Part shown: positions 57,512 to 64,000 of the stretch, in pieces
Layout: every line of letters starts with the position of its first letter
Numbering within the stretch: the first letter of the stretch is position 1
Assembly (NCBI GenBank): GCA_964016885.1
Contig: OZ024762.1
Span: forward strand, 6,386,001 to 6,450,000
DNA length: 64,000 bases
Direction: 5' to 3'
Origin: Eledone cirrhosa
Taxonomy: Eukaryota
Position numbers and translations under genes: made by a program
Notes under the pieces: generated by a model
The model's database searches: none
Seen by the model: only the letters and a program-made list of their open reading frames with translations
Told to the model about the DNA's origin: nothing

Positions 57512-59059
57512 TTATCCTAAAAGTGATCAATTCATCATCCCAACACAAAATATGAACAGAACTTCTTCAACTCTTGATTTTTAATTTTTAATTCTTAACT
57601 TTTAATATTTGATAAGATGGATAACATCGAAGCCGATAATAATTTTCTTTTGTTTTCAATAATCAATCACTTTGTTGGATCAAAGAGGAAAAAAGATTCT
57701 TTCAATATATTTCCGTGCTGCTTCCATTCTTACCTTTTCTCTCTCTTTTTATATGTGTGTGTGTGTATACACACACACACACACATAAATTGCATTTATT
57801 TTCCCCTTTATTAACTCTTAACATCCTGTAATGGTTTAGTAGAAATACATCTAAAAATGGTTATGTTAATTGAATTGTTTATAGTATCTTTACTAGTTGA
57901 CAGATCATTACGAAAATCTGCTATAATAGGGTTAAGACTTCAATATTTAATGTGATGCAGTCATAGTGCTGTTTTGTACGTTTCAAAAATGTTTGCTAAT
58001 ATGATTTCATGTGGTTTCTTAATTCAAATGTTTATAGTATTTTTGCTACTGGACAGACTATTGTGAAAATTTGCAGTATTAGAGTAAAGAGTTTAATTTT
58101 TAATGTGGTAGTCATAATACTGTTGTAATTTTCAAGAATGTCTTGCTAATGTGGTTTTATGCGGTACAGGAGGAAAAGAGCCAAAGTCCATTCCTTTTTA
58201 AAAGGAAAATTTAGTGAAGCAGCTAAAAAGAACAAATAGGCAAATCCCATAAAGTAGGAAGAAGGAGGAGGAGAGGAGGAGAACACAGGCTTTCCATGGA
58301 GTACTCAAGATATAATAAAGTAGTACAGAGTCCCTATTACTGGGAGCTAATAGCTGATAGTGAGTGAAATAGTCGTGAAATAGTAAAAGTTTATATATTA
58401 GATCGCATTTTTTTTCTTTTTTTCTTTCTTCCCTTTTGTCCTTTTTTTGTTTATTTCTTTTTTACCAAATTCCAAACTGAACGATTTTAATTTTTGGATT
58501 GGAACAAACATTATTTTGTTTTTCTCTTAGGCCCCAAAGCAAGTCAATCTTATTGCAATGGTCAACAAATAGGCACAAGTTCCGTCCCCCCCGAATATTA
58601 CCAACATTTCAATTCTGTTTAATTTTTCATGCAATATAGCTGCCTTCTACAGCAAGTTGAGCCTCCAGTCCTTTTGGTGGGGTGTAGACACGCCATAAAA
58701 GGCCAGAACCTCTCTTTAGCTGGTTCTGTAAACAAAAGAAAATCATAATTAACCACATTAATATGGACAAGTCTACTAATGGGATCGATTCTTCCTCTAT
58801 ATTTCTTTATCACTTCCTTTCTCTCTCTCTTTCTCTGCTGACTTCAGATCTGGAGAGGAGAAGGTTCCACCAGGTTTAAAAACGCCCAAGAAAGGGTGTA
58901 TATCACTACAGTGCCCCTATGACTTCAACAGGAGTTTACCATATCAATTGACATAGAATAACATAATTCTATCTAACGGAGGCAGAAAGCCAGCAATTTG
59001 GAGAAAGGGAAGCTGAATTCCTCGACACTCCAGAAGGATGAAAAGCAAAGTTGATCTTG

Positions 59060-59668
59060 TAATAATAATGGTTTCTCATTTAGGCACAGGGCCAACAATT
59101 GTGGGGAGGGGAAGTCAATTAAATTGACACCAGTGCATGACTGGTACTTTATTTTATCAACCCTGTCAGGATGAAAGGCAAAGCTAACCCCAGAGCGTAA
59201 AGGGTCGTAACTCTATGCCGAAAAGCATATTGTTCAACACACTACTGATACTGCCAATCCACTGCCCAGAAACATAATGGTTTCTGATTTAGGCACAATT
59301 TTGGGGGAGGGGAAGTCAATTAAATCGATCCCATTGCATCACTGGTACTTTATTTTATCCACCATGTAAAGATGAAAGGCAAAGCTAACCTCGGTGGGAT
59401 TTGAATTCCAAATGTAAAGGGTTGTAACTATAAGCATGTTGCCTGACGCTCTACCAATCCATTATAATAATAACTGTTTCAACATTTGGCACAAGGCCAG
59501 CAATTTGAAGGGGAAAGTTAATTAAATAGATCCCAGTGCATTACTGGTACTTTATTTTATCGTACCCGTAAGGATGAATGGCATTTGAACTCAGACAGTA
59601 AAGGGACGTAACTATATGAAGCAAAGCACATTGTCCGATGCTTTACCAATTCTGCCAATCTACCGCCC
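59060..59668 (-). mobile_element. Three tandem SINE family A copies
   Basis: The core motif occurs three times. Confidence 0.85.
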
Positions 59669-60014
59669 TTAGAGAAAAATCAGTAACACTACTAAATCCG
59701 TATAATTCTTGTTTATTTTCCCAATAATTTGAAAATTATAGGTGACTAGAAATGTGTCATGAAAAGGTGGAATAAAAAGTAAGCTTTAAAAAAATAAGAC
59801 AAAATTTCAAGAATTTCTCTTGAGAATGAAACAAATTCAGTGCTACTTACAATAGCATTCAGATGGTTCCAGCAATCAAACCAGGAATGGTAGAATGGCA
59901 TGTTGGGTGGCACTGCTGCAATTAACCTAGACAGGGAAATATTTACAATTAGAGGTCAGCATTTATTTATCAACCATAATACTACATCACGTTTGTTTTT
60001 ATGCGGATATAAAT

Positions 60015-60240
60015 TTATGGATGACAGCTGCATAAAAAGGTGCAGAGCACTAGAAGTCGATGGAAGCTGCGGAGTGGGGAGACCCAAGAAGACCTGGGAT
60101 GAGGTGATAAAGGCCGACCTTACCCAATTGCACCTCTCAAGAATAATGACACACGACCGTGACCTCTAGCGTCACGCAGTAATACAGAAGACCCGACCCC
60201 CCAACAGGAACAAGCCGAAGCTGAAGCATATAGACAATAT
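60015..60240 (+). mobile_element. RTE LINE 3' fragment
   Basis: GVGRPKKTWDEVIKADL, paralogous to 8000-8190. Confidence 0.75.
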
Positions 60241-60759
60241 GCCCCCACACGAACGCTTTGATTAATATAACAGGAATATTCATTCCTGCTATATTTATCT
60301 CCTCAGAATCTATTAAATAACATAAATATTTGTGTTTTGAAATATTCTTTTCTTTTATCTGGTTGTATTATCAACTCATCTAAGCTCTTATATATCCATC
60401 TGTTACCCATGCAAGCATGGAAAAGCAGATGTGAAAACAACGACGATGATGATATATATATATATGTTCAGTAAAAGTTGTTTTGGTAAAAAAAAGGAGT
60501 AAGCAGGAGAAAGCTCTCTACATCCGTAGTGTAGTTACGAAGGAGATTCAATATAAGAATAACATTAAGAAAGATGCTGTGATTACATAAATGCATTTTC
60601 TTAATGTTATTCTTATATCTATACATAAAATATTTGTAACTCTTTAAAATTTACACAGAATGTATTTCCTCTCTCAGACAATATTGAGAAATGAAAGGAT
60701 TATTTTCCTTGGCCTCCTTCTCCTGCTGCTTCTTTTACAATGTTTTTGATATTAATGTC

Positions 60760-61100
60760 CAGTGGAACCTCAGTTCTCGAACTTAAGGTGGATTGGCAGA
60801 ATCGGTAGAGTATCAGACACCATGCTTTGCAGCATAGAGTTATGGCCCTTTACGATATGAGTTCAAACCGCCCACTGAGGTTAACTTTGCCTTTCATCCT
60901 TCCTTACACAAAGAGACTTTGTGTGAAAGATAGACAGATATCACCATAGTAACTAATTACACATCAAGTGATGCTTTCCTGCCGATATTCTCAGCTTGTT
61001 GCCAGCCATTGTTACCGGCGTGTTTGTTACTAATGACACCGTTTCATCACTCGAGATGTTTTATGTTCAGAAAAGTTGTTCATGAACCAAGGTTCCACTG
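60760..61100. mobile_element. pogo/Tigger-type MITE interrupted by a SINE
   Basis: CAGTGGAACCTCAGTTC ... GAACCAAGGTTCCACTG, with a SINE piece at 60786-60902. Confidence 0.7.
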
Positions 61101-61139
61101 GGTTTATATTATTATGGTTATTGTCAAAGTAAACATTTC

Positions 61140-61400
61140 TTAACCCTTTAATGTTCAAACCGGCCAAAACCGGCCAGAATTCTCTACCTCTTTCTGTTGA
61201 AACTGGCTGTAACTGGTTGCTCAAACTGATGTTAAGGTATTGTTCTCAAAATAAATACTTTCAAAATCTCATAGATTCGATATTATGTGAGATAAAGCAT
61301 TTACCATGAAAATATAATAGTATATATAGAGTAATGGGAATGTTATGTGAGATATTATGTGAGGTAAAACCTTTACCATGAAAATACAATAGTATATATA
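61140..61400. mobile_element. Second, right-truncated copy of the piggyBac-type MITE
   Basis: TTAACCCTTT start; interior similar to 4780-4965. Confidence 0.65.
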
Positions 61401-64000
61401 GAATGTTTGTGATTACATTAGTAAACATTACTGTACTTACCCGCTACCATTCACCATCATAACAACAGACACAAGACCAAATGGATATGTTAACTGATTC
61501 ACCAGGAGCTACAAGAAAGCAAAAGGTACTTGTGATGTGCTGAATTCAAAACATTTCTTGGACACATTTTGCTCAGGATTGAACATGTAACCCCCCCCCC
61601 CCCCACACACACACCTCATTCAATTGTCCTATTTATCACATACCCACATGAGTGACACCCCTTCCTCACACTCCCCATTCTCACTGCATAATGCAACATC
61701 CCAGACACATCTTAAAACATATGTCTGACAACACACAGTCACATGACTGTGATCTCACCCCTCCTCGTTTATGGTTATGCTATTTAATATGCCTTCTGCC
61801 TGAACTCAGTCCACGCTTGTAAAGCAGTTGTGTACGCGACATGGCAAAAAGCACCCTGCACACACTGTAAATGTGGTTTGGTGTTAGGAAGGGCATCCAG
61901 AGTATTTGGATAACCAGACAGTTGCTGTTGACTGATAAGTTAAAGCATCTAGTAAGCATTTGTTTAGGGCTCCTTTTATCGCCCCCTCCCTGTGTAGGGA
62001 AAGCAGTACTATGTCTAAAAAGATCTGCTTTGTCACCATCAGAGGACCCAAACAGCACAAGTTAATCATATTTTGTGCACGAACAGCTATCACCTGATGA
62101 TCGCTACTGTGTAGAGCTCCAGCTAGGGACTTCCAGAAATACTCTTTACTTGTCCCATTCACCTTTGTTCTCTCGCCATTGGGCTTTGTCATAGTGAACA
62201 GGTAGAGCTGTTGTGTTACCTACACAAAAGAATTGTTTTACTGTGGTGAAGGCTTGTGTAGGGCCAGCCACACTTTTTGGAAATGTTGATAAAAAAGGAT
62301 TGGTGCAGGAGATTGCACATTTCAGGTATTGGAAGGCTGTTGACTCTGATGTGTTCTCCACCCTTTTAAACGAGTTTTGTTTTAAGTCCCACCGGATGTC
62401 CCCAAATCAACCTCCTCACCAAGCAAGCTTGGTGGGGTTGCCAGTTTAGTCTCCAACGACCCGACCATGTGACAGGTTATACGGGGTTACATGTTACCAG
62501 TAGCACTCAAGAGCGACCTGATAATATATATATATACATACACACACATAAAACAACAGCAAGGAATACTTACTCCAACAAAAGCAGCAGTGTACATAGA
62601 GACTTTCTGGAAAAAAATAAAATAAATTGAACAAATTTAAACATTGGAATATTTTCGAGATCAAACATAATTTTTAACAATGTAGTCTTTTATTGGTTTC
62701 AGTTATTTTATTGTGGCCATACTGGGGCACCGCCTTGTAGGGATTTAGTCCATCATATTGATCCTTGAAGAGACATAACAATAATAGTAATATTTAATTT
62801 TTCCCTGCTTGTAGGGCTTGAATAGATCTTCTCCCTCACAAGGAGAGGAAAGTGTCTTTTACCTCTTATGGAATTGTAGGGACGCAGTCCTGACACATAT
62901 TGGTCTTGGGCATTTAAAACTTGGAGGAGGCAACCATTTTCCAGGTAAGAACACAACTGATTTCTTCCAGAGAAGCAGGGAAACTTATAAAGAGAAATAA
63001 CAAAAGAACGAACCCCAATAGTTGACTGGTACTTTATCAACCTCAGTGGGTTTCAAACTCAGAGTGGAGTGAGCTAGAACAAATACTGAGGCTTTTATTC
63101 TGTTACAGATTTTACAGGCAAAATCTATCAGCAGAAATCCCAGGAATAGACTGAGTAAGATGGTTGGATAACATCCATGAGCTTGGCTGGTCTTACTTGG
63201 GGATCCTACCAGATCAATTGGAGATGGTTGCTTCTGACAGGACTCTGATGGAAGGAATGTTTGAGGACTCTACCCCCACAACCATCCCAGGACTAACTAG
63301 GCAAAGAAGAAGACCTCTGTTGAACAACCCTAACCCTGCCACCCACACAAAGAAGTTTTAGTGTGACTCACCTTGTCTTGTATAATATATTTGTTCAGTA
63401 TATATGTGAGGATACTAGTTGATGCCAGGTTGATCGAATCTCCTAGCAGCCGTGGCACAAGGCCACTGAAAGAAGAAGAAGGAGTTACCTCATATACTTG
63501 TATATAATGCAAGCCTCCCATCCCATTCTATGTCTGAGAAACGGGCAAAATCCAAACCCAGTTTATAAGTCAACGCAACTAATCACAGGAATACTGATTA
63601 TAAGCCAATGCCTCATTTTAACATTGAACTTTCGGTTACATATTCCCCTGCTTATGGTAAATCTTTCATTACTCTATTTCTAATTAATATTCTGCTTATA
63701 GCTTTCAAATAACTTTGAAAATAATTAAGAAATAGTACTAACTAACTTCCTCATTATTATCTGTCTATGATTTTCAAATAATTTTGAAAATTTTCAAAAT
63801 TTTGAAAATTTTCAAAATTTTGGAGTGGTGTAGTAATTATTAAGCTGGTGTTGGGAACATAACTTAAAATTATAATGTCAGGTTTTAATACACTAACATT
63901 TTCGTTACTATATTTCTAATGAAGACACATAATTTTGAAAATAATAAAGTTTTGGAGGAGTTTAGTAATATAACTAGCTTTCTTATTAAGCTGGGGTTTG

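Noticed and set aside
58560-58950. Possible coding remnant (also 6000-6600, 31480-31900, 62000-62500)
   Set aside because: Higher-complexity sequence, probably decayed TE ORFs, but with no motif I can name with confidence.

Overview
AT-rich, microsatellite- and SINE-dense eukaryotic DNA. The repeat families suggest an octopod cephalopod (inference only). One protein-coding gene is supported: a 7-exon minus-strand gene (48198->33394, ~819 aa, all junctions GT-AG and phase-compatible) with the unusual architecture THAP - 3x C2H2 - Q/S-rich heptad repeat - BTB/POZ - disordered tail. The left half holds a ~17 kb nested inverted duplication (11.8-29.0 kb) centred on a 2.2 kb self-complementary satellite. 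Its arms carry copies of an apparently undescribed ~150-165 nt structured RNA gene with Pol III hallmarks: TATA at about -32, A- and B-box-like motifs, a 5'/3' panhandle, a cUUCGg hairpin, structure-preserving substitutions and an oligo-T terminator. The window also has Penelope-type minimal hammerhead ribozymes (one intact), an 88-bp satellite derived from a mariner MITE, and fragments of RTE LINEs, Penelope, mariner, piggyBac, pogo/Tigger and Helitron elements.
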